In this document: one piece after another, positions 10,998 through 21,672 of the stretch
How the letters are laid out: each line of letters opens with the position of its first letter
How positions within the stretch are numbered: the first letter of the stretch is position 1
Source of the DNA: Rubrivivax sp.
Lineage (GTDB): Bacteria > Pseudomonadota > Gammaproteobacteria > Burkholderiales > Burkholderiaceae_C
Reading direction: 5' to 3'
Length of the DNA stretch: 64,000 bases
Assembly (NCBI GenBank): GCA_044507405.1
Contig: JBIQJS010000005.1
Span: 4,450 to 68,449 of the forward strand
Notes under the pieces: generated by a model
Database searches by the model: none
What the model saw: only the letters and a program-made list of their open reading frames with translations
Told to the model about the DNA's origin: nothing
Program-made: the position numbers and the translations under genes

Positions 10998-12188
10998 ATG
11001 AAAGTTCTCCGCTTCGAAGACCTGGCAGCCCAGGGCAAGGCCCAGGGCCAACGCGTGTTCATCCGTGCCGACCTCAACGTCCCGCAGGACGACGCCGGCA
11101 ACATCACCGAAGACACCCGCATCCGCGCCTCCATCCCGTGCATCGAGATGGCGCTCAAGGCCGGCGCTGCGGTGATGGTCACCTCGCACCTGGGCCGCCC
11201 GACCGAAGGCGAGTTCAAGCCTGAGGATTCGCTGGCACCGGTCGCCAAGCGCATGGGCGAACTCATGGGCCGTGAGATCAAGGTCGTGCCGAACTGGGTC
11301 GACGGCGTGCAGGTCGCACCGGGCGAGCTCGTCATGCTGGAGAACTGCCGGCTCAACAAGGGCGAGAAGAAGAACAACGAGGAGCTTGCGAAGAAGATGG
11401 CGGCGCTGTGCGACATCTTCGTGCACGACGCCTTCGGCACCGCGCACCGCGCCGAGGCCTCGACCTACGGCATCGCGCAGTTCGCCCAGATCGCCTGCGC
11501 CGGCCCGCTGCTCGCCGCCGAAATCGACGCCATCTCGAAGGCGCTCGCCAACCCGAAGCGCCCGCTCGTGGCCATCGTCGCGGGCAGCAAGGTCAGCACC
11601 AAGCTCACCATCCTGCAGGCGCTCGCGAAAAACGTCGACCAGCTCATCGTCGGCGGCGGCATCGCCAACACCTTCCTGCTCGCGGCCGGCCTGCCCATCG
11701 GCAAGTCGCTGGCGGAAGCCGATCTCGTGAACGAAGCCAAGGCCGTGATCGAGGCGATGAAGGCGCGCGGCGCCGAAGTGCCGATCCCGGTCGACGTGGT
11801 CACGGCCAAGGCCTTCGCCGCCGATGCACCCGCGACCGTCAAGGCCGCGGCGGAGGTGGCCGACGACGACCTGATCCTCGACATCGGCCCCCAGACCGCC
11901 GCGCAGCTCGCCGAGCAGCTCAAGAACGCGGGCACCATCGTCTGGAACGGGCCGGTCGGCGTGTTCGAGTTCGACGCCTTCGCCCACGGCACCGAGACGC
12001 TCGCGCGCGCCATCGCCGAGTCGAGCGCGTTCAGCATCGCCGGCGGCGGCGACACGCTCGCGGCCATCGCCAAGTACGGCATCGAGAAGGACGTGGGCTA
12101 CATCTCCACCGGCGGTGGCGCCTTCCTCGAGGTGCTGGAAGGCAAGACGCTGCCGGCCTTCGAGATCCTGCAGAAACGCGCCGCCTGA
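10998..12188 (+). CDS. pgk: Phosphoglycerate kinase
   Basis: [22 protein letters not shown] and YISTGGGA motifs. Confidence 0.98.
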   Translation: MKVLRFEDLAAQGKAQGQRVFIRADLNVPQDDAGNITEDTRIRASIPCIEMALKAGAAVMVTSHLGRPTEGEFKPEDSLAPVAKRMGELMGREIKVVPNWVDGVQVAPGELVMLENCRLNKGEKKNNEELAKKMAALCDIFVHDAFGTAHRAEASTYGIAQFAQIACAGPLLAAEIDAISKALANPKRPLVAIVAGSKVSTKLTILQALAKNVDQLIVGGGIANTFLLAAGLPIGKSLAEADLVNEAKAVIEAMKARGAEVPIPVDVVTAKAFAADAPATVKAAAEVADDDLILDIGPQTAAQLAEQLKNAGTIVWNGPVGVFEFDAFAHGTETLARAIAESSAFSIAGGGDTLAAIAKYGIEKDVGYISTGGGAFLEVLEGKTLPAFEILQKRAA

Positions 12189-12220
12189 TCCACACCCCGA
12201 ACACGTCGAAGAGGAACCGC

Positions 12221-13648
12221 ATGCCCGCCACCAAGATCGTCGCCACCCTCGGCCCCGCGTCCAGCTCACCCGAGGTGCTGGCGCGCATGATCCGGGCGGG
12301 GGTCGACGTGGTGCGGCTCAACTTCTCGCACGGCACCGCGCAGGATCACATCGACCGCGCAAAGCTCGTGCGTGAAGCGGCGAAGGAGGTGGGCCGGGAG
12401 GTCGCGATCATGGCCGACCTGCAGGGGCCCAAGATCCGCGTCGGCAAGTTCGAAGGCGGCAAGACCCTGCTGGAGGCCGGCCAGAAGTTCGTGCTCGACG
12501 CCGGTACCAAGGAGCTCGGCAACAACGATCGCGTGGGCCTGGACTACAAGGAGCTGCCGCGCGACGTGCGTCCCGGCGACACGTTGCTGCTCAACGACGG
12601 GCTGCTGCGGCTCACCGTCGATGCGGTGAAGGGCGAGCAGGTGCACACCACCGTCGTGATCGGCGGCGAGCTCTCCAACAACAAGGGCATCAACAAGGCG
12701 GGTGGCGGCCTCACCGCGCCCGCGCTAACCGCCAAGGACATGGAAGACATCCGCACCGCGATGAGCTTCCAGTGCGAATACCTGGCGGTGAGCTTTCCGA
12801 AAAGCGCGACCGACATGGAGATGGCGCGCCAGCTCGCCAACGTGGCCGGCGAGCCTTACCGCCACAAGCCGGCGCTGATCGCCAAGATCGAACGCAGCGA
12901 GGCGATCACGGTGCTCGAGGCCATCATCAAGGCCAGCGACGGCATCATGGTGGCGCGCGGCGACCTGGCGGTGGAAGTCGGCAACGCGGCGGTGCCCGCG
13001 CTGCAGAAACGCATGATCAAGATGGCGCGCGAACTCGACCGCGTGGTCATCACCGCCACGCAGATGATGGAGTCCATGATCGTGAACCCGGTGCCCACGC
13101 GTGCCGAGGTGAGCGACGTGGCCAACGCCGTGCTCGACGGCACCGACGCCGTGATGCTCAGCGCCGAGACGGCCGCCGGCAAGTACCCGGTCGAGACCGT
13201 CGAGATGATGGCCAGCATCTGCGCCGAGGCCGAGAGCGCCGAGGAGATCTCGCTCGATGCGAGCTTCACCGACAAGCGCTTCGGCCGCATCGACCAGTCG
13301 ATCGCGATGGGCGCGCTCTTCACCGCCTTCCACCTGGGCTGCAAGGCCATCGTCGCGCTCACGGAGTCGGGCTCGACGGCGCTCTGGATGAGCCGCCACA
13401 AGATCCACGTCCCGATCTTCGGGCTGACCTCGCAGCTTGCGAGCCAGCGCCGCATGTGCCTCTACCGCAACGTGCACCCGCTGCTCATGCCGAGCTACGG
13501 CGACCGCGACGAGGCGCTCAAGCACGCCGAAGGCCTGCTCGTCGAGGCCGGCGTGCTCAAGCCCGGCGACACCTACGCCATCACCTGCGGCGAGCCCATG
13601 GGCTATCCCGGCGGGACCAACATGCTGAAGGTCTGCCTGGTGGGTTGA
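12221..13648 (+). CDS. pyk: Pyruvate kinase
   Basis: TKIVATLGP, RLNFSHG, MVARGDL and ATQMMESM motifs; RBS GAGGA upstream. Confidence 0.98.
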   Translation: MPATKIVATLGPASSSPEVLARMIRAGVDVVRLNFSHGTAQDHIDRAKLVREAAKEVGREVAIMADLQGPKIRVGKFEGGKTLLEAGQKFVLDAGTKELGNNDRVGLDYKELPRDVRPGDTLLLNDGLLRLTVDAVKGEQVHTTVVIGGELSNNKGINKAGGGLTAPALTAKDMEDIRTAMSFQCEYLAVSFPKSATDMEMARQLANVAGEPYRHKPALIAKIERSEAITVLEAIIKASDGIMVARGDLAVEVGNAAVPALQKRMIKMARELDRVVITATQMMESMIVNPVPTRAEVSDVANAVLDGTDAVMLSAETAAGKYPVETVEMMASICAEAESAEEISLDASFTDKRFGRIDQSIAMGALFTAFHLGCKAIVALTESGSTALWMSRHKIHVPIFGLTSQLASQRRMCLYRNVHPLLMPSYGDRDEALKHAEGLLVEAGVLKPGDTYAITCGEPMGYPGGTNMLKVCLVG

Positions 13649-13687
13649 CGACTGCGGCCGCCGGCGTATGGGCCGGGCGCCGGGCCG

Positions 13688-14449
13688 TCAGTCAAAGCGC
13701 AGCGAGATCCCGGTGAGGAACTGCACGTCGTAGTTCTTGAGGTCGCGCCCCGGATCGCTGGTGTAGCGGTAGAGCAGGCCGGTGGTGAGCTGCCACGACT
13801 GCGTCATCGCCACCGACAGCCCGGTGTCGAACACCGCGCGATATTCGCCGCGGTTGCGCAGGTCGGGATAGAACTCGAACTTCTGCTTGAACGTGGTGCT
13901 CGGCGTGAGCTTGTGGTTCGAGGTCTCGCTGATGAGGCCTTCGGTGCGGCCGTAGCGCATGCGCATCTCGTCGTTCACCTCGGTGGCCTCCACGTAGCGG
14001 TCCTCGGTGTAGCCGACGCCGGCGAAGACGTCCCAGGTGTTGGCATCGTTGCGCACCAGATGGCGGCCGAGGCCGCCGTAGGCCGAGACCCGCGAGGTGA
14101 TGTTGGCCGGCCGGTCGCGCAGGTAGTCGAGCTTGGCGACGGTGAAGTAGTCGTTGTTGATCAGGTCCTGGTCGTACTGCGTGCCGAGCGCGAGGCTCGC
14201 CGCGGTGGTCTCTTCGTCGTCGCGGGCGTAGAACATGCGACCGAGCATCAGCCACTTGCTGTGGTCGGTCAGCTTGACCGCCTCGCCGGTGACGGTGACG
14301 GTCGTGGCACGGGTATTGCCGCCACTGACGCTGGACGACACGCCCCACAGCGAGCGCAGCACCCCATCGGGTTTCATGGTGACCTGGGCCGGGGCGACGG
14401 TGGGCAACGCGACGGCGGCGAGGAGAGCGAATCTGGAAATGTTCTTCAT
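13688..14449 (-). CDS. DUF481 / YdiY-like outer-membrane beta-barrel protein
   Basis: Signal peptide, SGGNT motif, alternating beta-strand pattern and terminal F. Confidence 0.8.
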   Translation of the reverse strand: MKNISRFALLAAVALPTVAPAQVTMKPDGVLRSLWGVSSSVSGGNTRATTVTVTGEAVKLTDHSKWLMLGRMFYARDDEETTAASLALGTQYDQDLINNDYFTVAKLDYLRDRPANITSRVSAYGGLGRHLVRNDANTWDVFAGVGYTEDRYVEATEVNDEMRMRYGRTEGLISETSNHKLTPSTTFKQKFEFYPDLRNRGEYRAVFDTGLSVAMTQSWQLTTGLLYRYTSDPGRDLKNYDVQFLTGISLRFD

Positions 14450-14508
14450 GGCGACGAGCGACCTTATCGCGAGGTGATGGTTCCCCGACCCGAGGCCACA
14501 ATCCGCCC

Positions 14509-15720
14509 ATGGACACCGCCACCACGCTGGACGACATACGCGCCGCCGCCGAGCGGCTGCGCGGCCAGGTGCTCGAAACACCCTGCCTGCCTTCGCGCAC
14601 CCTGAGCGAGCTCGTGGGCTGCGAGCTCTACCTCAAGTTCGAGAACCTGCAGTTCACCGCGTCGTTCAAGGAGCGCGGCGCCTTCAACAAGATCGCGCAG
14701 TTGAGCGACGACGAGCGCGCCCGCGGCGTGCTCGCGGTCTCTGCCGGCAACCACGCGCAGGGCGTGGCGTATCACGCGCAGCGCCTCGGCCTGCCCGCCA
14801 CCATCGTGATGCCGCGCTTCGCGACGCCGGTGAAGGTCGCCAATACGCGCCGCTTCGGTGCCGAGGTGGTGCTGCACGGCGACACCTTCGACGATGCGCG
14901 CTCGCACGGCCTGCAGCTCGCGCAGGAACGTGGGCTCACGCTCATCCATCCCTTCGACGACCTCGCGGTGATCGCCGGGCAGGGCACGGTCGCGCTGGAG
15001 ATGCTTGCGCAGCAGCCGGCGATCGACACGCTGGTGGTCGCGATCGGCGGCGGCGGCCTCATCGGGGGCATGGCGACGGCGGCGCGCAGCCTGCGGCCCG
15101 GGATGCAGGTCTACGGGGTGCAGACCGAGCGCTTCCCGGCCGCCTGGAACCTGAAGCATGGCGGCGGCCGCGAGGTGCAGCAGGCGACCATCGCCGATGG
15201 CATCGCGGTCAAGGCGCCGGGGGCGCTGACGGCGCCCCTCATCGAGCGCCATGTGGACGACGTGCTGCTCGTCGACGAGGGCGACATCGAGCAGGCCATC
15301 GTGCTGCTGCTGGAGATCGAGAAGACGGTGGTGGAAGGCGCCGGCGCCGTGGGCCTGGCCGCGCTCATGAAGCACCGCGCACGCTTCGAGGGCCGCAAGG
15401 TCGGCCTGGTGCTGTGCGGCGGCAACATCGAGCCGCTGGTGCTGGCCGAGATCATCGAACGCGGCATGGTGAAGGCGGGGCGCCTCGCGCGGCTGCGCCT
15501 GGACATCCGCGACGTGCCGGGCGCCTTGGCCGACGTGTGCCTGCTGCTCGGCAAGCTCGGCGCCAACATCGACGAGGTGCAGCACCAGCGTGCGTTCAGC
15601 CCGGCGTCGGTCGAGCGGGTGCAGATCGAGGTGGTGGTCCACACCCGCGGCGTGGAGCACATCGCCGAGATCCTCTCGGCGATGCGGGCGATGGGCTACC
15701 GCGCCGAGCGGATCGGGTGA
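14509..15720 (+). CDS. ilvA: Threonine ammonia-lyase (PLP-dependent, single C-terminal ACT domain)
   Basis: ENLQFTASFKERGA (PLP lysine), SAGNHAQG and IGGGGL motifs. Confidence 0.9.
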   Translation: MDTATTLDDIRAAAERLRGQVLETPCLPSRTLSELVGCELYLKFENLQFTASFKERGAFNKIAQLSDDERARGVLAVSAGNHAQGVAYHAQRLGLPATIVMPRFATPVKVANTRRFGAEVVLHGDTFDDARSHGLQLAQERGLTLIHPFDDLAVIAGQGTVALEMLAQQPAIDTLVVAIGGGGLIGGMATAARSLRPGMQVYGVQTERFPAAWNLKHGGGREVQQATIADGIAVKAPGALTAPLIERHVDDVLLVDEGDIEQAIVLLLEIEKTVVEGAGAVGLAALMKHRARFEGRKVGLVLCGGNIEPLVLAEIIERGMVKAGRLARLRLDIRDVPGALADVCLLLGKLGANIDEVQHQRAFSPASVERVQIEVVVHTRGVEHIAEILSAMRAMGYRAERIG

Positions 15721-15774
15721 CGTGAGCCCACGGCTGGCGAGGTCGCCAGTCGATCCGCCGAGGGGATGCGGGCG

Positions 15775-16788
15775 TCAGCGCACGGCGCGCACGCCCGCGA
15801 CCAGCGCCGCCACGGCGGGCGACATGTTGGTCGGCACGATCTCCACGCCGTCGAGCGCAAGCACGCGGAAGAGCTCGTCGGCGAAGCTGTGGCCGATGTT
15901 CGTGACGCCGCCGAAATCCATCTCCGCGCGGCGGAACTGCTGCAGCCGTGCCGCCACGCGCCGAGCCTGCGCGCGCGAGTCCAGGCCGGCGAGCGGCGTG
16001 GCGAGCAGGCGCAGCGGCACCGTGGTGCGCTCGAAGGCATAGCCGATGCCGTCGAGGCTCGCGGCCTGCAGCACGGCCTCGAGCGTGCGGGGGGTGTCGA
16101 GCGCGATCGCCGCATAGGCCGAAGTGCCGCGGCGCTGGAGCGCGCGGCCCGGGTGCCAGCCGCCATCCCACGAGCGGTGCTGGAAGGCGGTCTCGTTGGC
16201 GTGCAGGTCGAAGACGTCGGCCAGGCGCGAACTGAAATACAGGCCGCGGCCGGCATGGCGGTCGGGCTGGCTGGTCAGCTTGCCCTTGCTCACTTCGAGC
16301 ATGGCCAGCGCTGGGTCGTCGAGCGAGAACGATTGGGCCAGCCGGTCGAAGAGGCCGCAGCCGTCGTCGGAGACCAGCAGCTGCACATGGCTGGGGGTCT
16401 GGCGCAGCGAGACGGCGACGGTCGTGCCGCCGCTGTGGTCGATGGCGTTGTTGAGCAGCTCGCCGAAGATGTGCTGCGTGATGCGGCGCACCTCGGGCGG
16501 CAGGTCGAAGCAGGGCGCGAAGTCGCGCGACCAGGGCAGGTCTTCCTGCAGGCCGTCGAGGGCGTAGCGGCGGACCACCTGGCGCAGCAGCCCCGGTCGG
16601 TGGCGCGGCTTGCGTGGTGTGCCCTCGCGCCGCAGCCAGCCGAGCTCGGTGAGGCGGGCGAGCGCCTTGCGCGCGGTGCTGCGGCTCACGCCGGCACGAT
16701 CGGCCAGGTGCGAGGCGAGGTCGTCCGGGTGCTGCAGGGCCGTGGCTGTGATGTGCAGCGTCAGGGCGTGGAGATCGAGGCGTGCCAT
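15775..16788 (-). CDS. wHTH + HATPase_c (anti-sigma-kinase-like) + STAS-like DUF4325 protein
   Basis: N-terminal HTH ([19 protein letters not shown]); N-box [11 protein letters not shown]1 DDGCG, G2 GRGL; C-terminal [17 protein letters not shown]. Confidence 0.8.
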   Translation of the reverse strand: MARLDLHALTLHITATALQHPDDLASHLADRAGVSRSTARKALARLTELGWLRREGTPRKPRHRPGLLRQVVRRYALDGLQEDLPWSRDFAPCFDLPPEVRRITQHIFGELLNNAIDHSGGTTVAVSLRQTPSHVQLLVSDDGCGLFDRLAQSFSLDDPALAMLEVSKGKLTSQPDRHAGRGLYFSSRLADVFDLHANETAFQHRSWDGGWHPGRALQRRGTSAYAAIALDTPRTLEAVLQAASLDGIGYAFERTTVPLRLLATPLAGLDSRAQARRVAARLQQFRRAEMDFGGVTNIGHSFADELFRVLALDGVEIVPTNMSPAVAALVAGVRAVR

Positions 16789-17033
16789 GGGCGTGCTCCC
16801 CTCAGGTGCGGGCGATCAGTGTCGGCAACCCGGCGCGACCGGTGACGCGCAAAAAGCGCCGGCTTCACCCGGCAATTCCGCGCCCCTCGTCCGAGGGAGA
16901 CGGCTTTCGGTGGAGGGTTTTCACCGAGGGGTGGCCGCTACAATCCCCGGGTTTCGCGGCGGTCACGCCACCGTCGCGCGTGGCAGGCGCGCTGCCTGCC
17001 CGGATGCAGGTTCATCACTTCGGGACAACGACC

Positions 17034-18098
17034 ATGCCACTCGTTTCAATGCGCCAGCTGCTGGACCATGCCGCCGAAAACGGCTACGGCATCCCGGCTT
17101 TCAACGTCAACAACCTCGAACAGGTGCAGGCCGTGATGGCTGCCGCCGACGAGACCGGTGCTCCGGTCATCCTGCAGGCGAGCGCGGGCGCCCGCAAGTA
17201 CGCCGGCGAGCCCTTCATCAAGCACCTGATCCAGGCGGCCACCGAGGCCTACCCGCACATCCCGCTCGTGATGCACCAGGACCACGGCACCACCCCCGCG
17301 GTCTGTGAAGGCGCCATCAAGCTCGGCTTCGGCTCGGTGATGATGGACGGCTCGCTGCGCGAGGACGGCAAGACGCCGGCGTCCTTCGACTACAACGTCG
17401 ACGTCACCCGCCGCGTCGTGCAGATGGCCCACAAGGTGGGCGTGACCGTCGAGGGCGAGCTCGGCTGCCTGGGCAACCTGGAGACGGGGGAGGCCGGCGA
17501 GGAAGACGGCATCGGCGCCGAAGGCAAGCTGGACCACAGCCAGATGCTGACCGACCCCGAAGAGGCGGCCGTCTTCGTGCGCGAGACGCAGCTCGATGCG
17601 CTCGCGATCGCCATCGGCACCAGCCATGGCGCCTACAAGTTCTCGCGCAAGCCCACCGGCGACATCCTCGCGATCTCGCGCGTGAAGGAGATCCACAAGC
17701 GCATTCCCAACACCCACCTCGTGATGCACGGCTCCTCGTCGGTGCCGCCCGAACTGCTGGCCATCATCAACCAGTACGGCGGCAAGATGAAGGAAACCTA
17801 CGGCGTGCCGATCGAGGAGATCCAGGAAGCGATCAAGCACGGCGTGCGCAAGATCAACATCGACACCGACATCCGCCTCGCGATGACCGGTGCGGTGCGC
17901 AAGTTCATGGCCGAGAACCCCGACAAGTTCGACGCGCGTGAATGGCTCAAGCCCGCCCGCGAAGCCGCCCGGGAAGTCTGCAAGGCGCGCTACCTGCAGT
18001 TCGGCTGCGAAGGCCAGGGCGCCAAGATCAAGCCGCAGAGCCTGGACGAGATCGCGCAGCGCTACGCGAAGGGCGAACTGGCGCAGACCGTCGTCTGA
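17034..18098 (+). CDS. fba: Fructose-bisphosphate aldolase class II
   Basis: [26 protein letters not shown] and KINIDTD motifs. Confidence 0.97.
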   Translation: MPLVSMRQLLDHAAENGYGIPAFNVNNLEQVQAVMAAADETGAPVILQASAGARKYAGEPFIKHLIQAATEAYPHIPLVMHQDHGTTPAVCEGAIKLGFGSVMMDGSLREDGKTPASFDYNVDVTRRVVQMAHKVGVTVEGELGCLGNLETGEAGEEDGIGAEGKLDHSQMLTDPEEAAVFVRETQLDALAIAIGTSHGAYKFSRKPTGDILAISRVKEIHKRIPNTHLVMHGSSSVPPELLAIINQYGGKMKETYGVPIEEIQEAIKHGVRKINIDTDIRLAMTGAVRKFMAENPDKFDAREWLKPAREAAREVCKARYLQFGCEGQGAKIKPQSLDEIAQRYAKGELAQTVV

Positions 18099-19006
18099 TG
18101 GTGCAGGCCCTGCTCACGTCGACGCTCACCTCGCTGCCGCTGCTCGCGCGCGGCAAGGTGCGCGACAACTACGCCGTCGGCGACGACCGCATCCTGATGG
18201 TCGCGAGCGACCGCCTGAGCGCCTTCGACGTGGTGATGGGCGAGCCCATTCCCGGCAAGGGCGAGCTGCTCACGCAGATGGCGCTGTTCTGGTTCGCGCG
18301 GCTGCAGCACCTCGTGCCCAACCACCTGACGGGCGACGACCCGGCGAGCGTGGTGCTGCCCGGGGAGCGCGACCAGGTGCGCGGCCGCTCGATGCTCGTC
18401 AAGCGGCTGAAGCCCCTGCCGGTCGAGGCGGTGGTGCGCGGCTACCTCGCCGGCAGCGGCTGGAAGGAATACCAGGACAGCCGCTCGGTGTGCGGCGTGG
18501 CGCTGCCAGGCGGCATGCGCAACGCGCAGAAGCTGCCGCAGCCCATCTTCACGCCGGCCACCAAGGCCGAGGCGGGCGACCACGACGAGAACATCAGCTT
18601 CGAGCGCATGTGCGGCATCGTCGGCGCCGAACTCGCGGCGAAGGTGCGCGAGGTGTCGATCCGGCTGTACGAGACGGCCGCGGCCATGGCCCTGGCCAAG
18701 GGCATCATCATCGCCGACACCAAGTTCGAGTTCGGCCTCGACGCCGACGGCACGCTGACGCTGATGGACGAGGTGCTCACGCCCGATTCCTCGCGCTTCT
18801 GGCCGGTGGAGGGCTACGACGCCGCGCTGGCCGAAGGCCGCAACCCGCCGAGCTACGACAAGCAGTTCGTGCGCGACTGGCTGGAGCAGGCCCGCGTGAA
18901 CGGCGTACCGTGGAACAAGAAGGCGCCGGCGCCCAGCCTGCCCGAAGAGGTCATCGCGAAGACCGCCGACAAGTACCGCGAGGCCTTGCAGCGCCTCACG
19001 GGTTGA
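18098..19006 (+). CDS. purC: SAICAR synthetase
   Basis: [22 protein letters not shown] and TPDSSRFW motifs; TGATG overlap with fba. Confidence 0.97.
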   Translation: MVQALLTSTLTSLPLLARGKVRDNYAVGDDRILMVASDRLSAFDVVMGEPIPGKGELLTQMALFWFARLQHLVPNHLTGDDPASVVLPGERDQVRGRSMLVKRLKPLPVEAVVRGYLAGSGWKEYQDSRSVCGVALPGGMRNAQKLPQPIFTPATKAEAGDHDENISFERMCGIVGAELAAKVREVSIRLYETAAAMALAKGIIIADTKFEFGLDADGTLTLMDEVLTPDSSRFWPVEGYDAALAEGRNPPSYDKQFVRDWLEQARVNGVPWNKKAPAPSLPEEVIAKTADKYREALQRLTG

Positions 19007-19011
19007 AGCGG

Positions 19012-20109
19012 ATGACGTCGCGCCTTCTGAGCCACCTGGATGCGGCCATCACGGCCGCGGCCCTGCCCTCCGAGGCCGATTCGCTGCGGGCCGAGCGTGC
19101 GAGCCTGCTTGCACGCCACGGCCAGCTCGACGAGGCGCGCACCGCCATCGCGGCCTTGCAGGCGCGCTATTCGCTGAACCCGCATCCGCGCGTCAACGCG
19201 TGGATCAGCCTGGCCGAGGGCCTGACAGGTTATTTCAGCGACCTCGGCGCTGCGGCGCACGACAAGATCCGCCGCGCCTACGCCGTGAGCGCCGCCTCGC
19301 GCGACCGCCGCCTCAACGCGCTGGCCGCCGCATGGCTTGCGCACATGGACTACACGGCCTACGACTTCAACGCCATGGGACGGCACGTCGCCGAGGCGCT
19401 GCAGCTGGCCGATGCCCAGCACCACAGCGCGCGTGCCCGCGCCTGCCTCGTGGTGGCGCTTGCCTACCACTTCGGCGGCCGCTTCGACGCTGCCCAGCCG
19501 TGGTATGCCAAGGCCCGCCTGCATGCGAGCGACGAGGGTGACGAGGCCATGCTGAGCGCCATCATGTACAACATGGCGGGACTGCTGGCCGATCAATCGC
19601 GCCACGCGGCCATGACCGGTGTGCACGACAGCGCCATGCTGCGCCGCGCCGAGCTGAGCCTGCAGTCGGCCACCAACCTCGACGCGCTGGTCGGCATCGC
19701 GTCCCTCGATGCGCTCGTGCCGCTGCACCAGGCACGGGTGTGCACGCTGCAGGGGCAATGGGCCGAGGCGATCCGGCTCTACGAGGCACATTTCAGCGAT
19801 GGCTTGCTGCAGGGGCTGGACCGCATGCGCGCCTCGCTGGGCGCCGACCTCGCGTGGTGCCGCCTGCAGGCCGGCCAGCGCGAGCAGGCGGCCAGGGATG
19901 CACGCGCTGCGCAGGTGGCCGTGGCCCACGACCGCGATGCCGACGACCGCGCCGCCGCCCATCACCGGCTGGCGCAGGTGTTCGAGGCCCTGGGTCAGGA
20001 CGACGACGCCGCGCGCCACCGCGAGCAGGCCGCGGCCGACTGGCAGGTGCATGCACTGGAGCAGGCCGCGTCCATCGCGGCCATCGAGAAGGCCGTCGCC
20101 TCGATCTGA
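19012..20109 (+). CDS. Hypothetical all-helical TPR-like protein
   Basis: 365 codons, Ala-rich helical repeats such as GRFDAAQPWYAKA and GQWAEAIRLYE; starts 5 nt after the purC stop. Confidence 0.7.
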   Translation: MTSRLLSHLDAAITAAALPSEADSLRAERASLLARHGQLDEARTAIAALQARYSLNPHPRVNAWISLAEGLTGYFSDLGAAAHDKIRRAYAVSAASRDRRLNALAAAWLAHMDYTAYDFNAMGRHVAEALQLADAQHHSARARACLVVALAYHFGGRFDAAQPWYAKARLHASDEGDEAMLSAIMYNMAGLLADQSRHAAMTGVHDSAMLRRAELSLQSATNLDALVGIASLDALVPLHQARVCTLQGQWAEAIRLYEAHFSDGLLQGLDRMRASLGADLAWCRLQAGQREQAARDARAAQVAVAHDRDADDRAAAHHRLAQVFEALGQDDDAARHREQAAADWQVHALEQAASIAAIEKAVASI

Positions 20110-20153
20110 AGCGTTCGTCTGCGGCTGGCGCGCGACCGCGGGCGACCGTCAGG

Positions 20154-21095
20154 TCAGAAGAGCGCCATGCTGAGCTTGCGGCGGTACTGGTCCACGACCG
20201 GGTTCGCAGGCGCCGCACTGATCTTGCCGGCCACCTCCAGCGTGCTCGTGGGTGCGGCCGCAGCCTCGGCCTTGGCGGCCGGCTTGCTCATGAGCTCCAG
20301 GATCGCGACATAGGTCTTGCGGGCGAGCTCGTCGCGCCACGTCTTGTCGCGCATCACGATCTCCAGCAGTTCGTCCATCGCCTCGGTGAAGCGCTGGGCC
20401 GCGAAGTGCGTCTGCGCGAGCTCGAAGCGTGCGTCGAAGTCGCGGCGGTTCGCGGCGATGGCCTCGGCCAGTTGCTCCGGGCTGCGCGCCGAAGGCGCCT
20501 TCTCGCACGCCTCCAGCCAATGGCCGGCCGCGGCCAGGCGCGCGTCGAGCATCACCTTCGTCGCCACCGGCTCGAAGGCGCGCCGCGCCTCGGCCACGCG
20601 GCCCGCGAGCAGCAGGGCGCGCAGATAGTCATAACGGGCCGCGTCGTTGGCCGGGTCGATGGCGACCGCCTCCTGCAGCTTCTCCAGTGCGCTCTCGGTG
20701 TCGCCCTCGGCGAGCAGTTCCTCGGCAGCAGCCACGTCTTCTTCGGCCGCCATTTCCTCGGCGCTCGGCACGTGGCGGTCGAGGAACTCACGCAGCTTGG
20801 GCTCGGGCAGCGCGCCCACGAAGCCATCGACCGGCTGGCCGCCCTTGAAAAGCACGCAGAAGGGGATGCTGCGCACGCCGAACATCTGCGAGAGCTGGCC
20901 CGAGATCTCGGGCTGCTCGTCGGCGTTGCACTTGGCGAGCTTGAAGCGCCCCGCATAGGCCGCTTCGAGCTTCTCCAGCACCGGCGTGAGCGCCTTGCAG
21001 GGGCCGCACCACGGCGCCCAGATGTCGAGCAGCACCGGCTGCTGCATCGACGCTTGGATCAGGTCGGCTTCGAAGTTCTGAAGGGTGATGTCCAT
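20154..21095 (-). CDS. ybbN: Thioredoxin-TPR chaperedoxin CnoX/YbbN
   Basis: WAPWCGPCK thioredoxin domain, TPR region and [11 protein letters not shown]-terminus. Confidence 0.92.
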   Translation of the reverse strand: MDITLQNFEADLIQASMQQPVLLDIWAPWCGPCKALTPVLEKLEAAYAGRFKLAKCNADEQPEISGQLSQMFGVRSIPFCVLFKGGQPVDGFVGALPEPKLREFLDRHVPSAEEMAAEEDVAAAEELLAEGDTESALEKLQEAVAIDPANDAARYDYLRALLLAGRVAEARRAFEPVATKVMLDARLAAAGHWLEACEKAPSARSPEQLAEAIAANRRDFDARFELAQTHFAAQRFTEAMDELLEIVMRDKTWRDELARKTYVAILELMSKPAAKAEAAAAPTSTLEVAGKISAAPANPVVDQYRRKLSMALF

Positions 21096-21177
21096 GGTGT
21101 GGTGCCAGTGGTGGGGCCGAAGCGGCGGAGACCGCCCCGCCTACAATTCGGGGTTCTTTGAGCACTTGGAGCGAGCC

Positions 21178-21672
21178 TTGAGCAGCGCCCCCGTGGTCGG
21201 CGTGGTGATGGGGTCCAGCAGCGACTGGGAGACCCTGCGCCTCGCGACCGAGATTCTCGCCGAGTTCGGTGTCCCCTTCGAAGCCCGGGTGGTGTCTGCG
21301 CACCGCATGCCCGACGACATGTTCACCTACGCCGAAGCCGCGGCCTCGCGTGGGCTCAAGGCCATCATCGCGGGCGCCGGCGGGGCGGCGCACCTGCCCG
21401 GCATGCTGGCCGCGAAGACGACCGTGCCCGTGCTCGGCGTGCCGGTGGCCAGCCGCCACCTGCAGGGTGTGGACTCGCTGCACTCCATCGTGCAGATGCC
21501 CAAGGGCATCCCGGTGGCGACCTTCGCGATCGGCACCGCGGGTGCCGCCAACGCGGCGCTCTTCGCCGTCGCCATGCTCGCCAACGAACAACCCGCGCTG
21601 CGCGCACAGCTCGAGGCCTACCGCGCCCGCCAGACCGAGGCGGCGCGCGCCATGAGCGGCGAGCTCAGATGA
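21178..21672 (+). CDS. purE: N5-CAIR mutase
   Basis: MGSSSD, SAHR and [10 protein letters not shown] motifs; TTG start inferred from GGAG just upstream. Confidence 0.95.
   Translation: MSSAPVVGVVMGSSSDWETLRLATEILAEFGVPFEARVVSAHRMPDDMFTYAEAAASRGLKAIIAGAGGAAHLPGMLAAKTTVPVLGVPVASRHLQGVDSLHSIVQMPKGIPVATFAIGTAGAANAALFAVAMLANEQPALRAQLEAYRARQTEAARAMSGELR

Noticed and set aside
16981..16995. Sigma-54-like TGGCAGGCGCGCTGC upstream of fba
   Set aside because: It lacks the TTGC ending and is part of the hairpin GGCAGGC-gcgct-GCCTGCC; a sigma-70-like -10 upstream explains the promoter more simply.
11408..20109. Apparent long N-terminal extensions or fusions in the ORF track (pyk from 11408, fba from 16782, TPR-like protein from 17890)
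   Set aside because: The extensions are off-frame read-through of upstream genes or UTRs; homology or a plausible start begins only at the internal ATGs.
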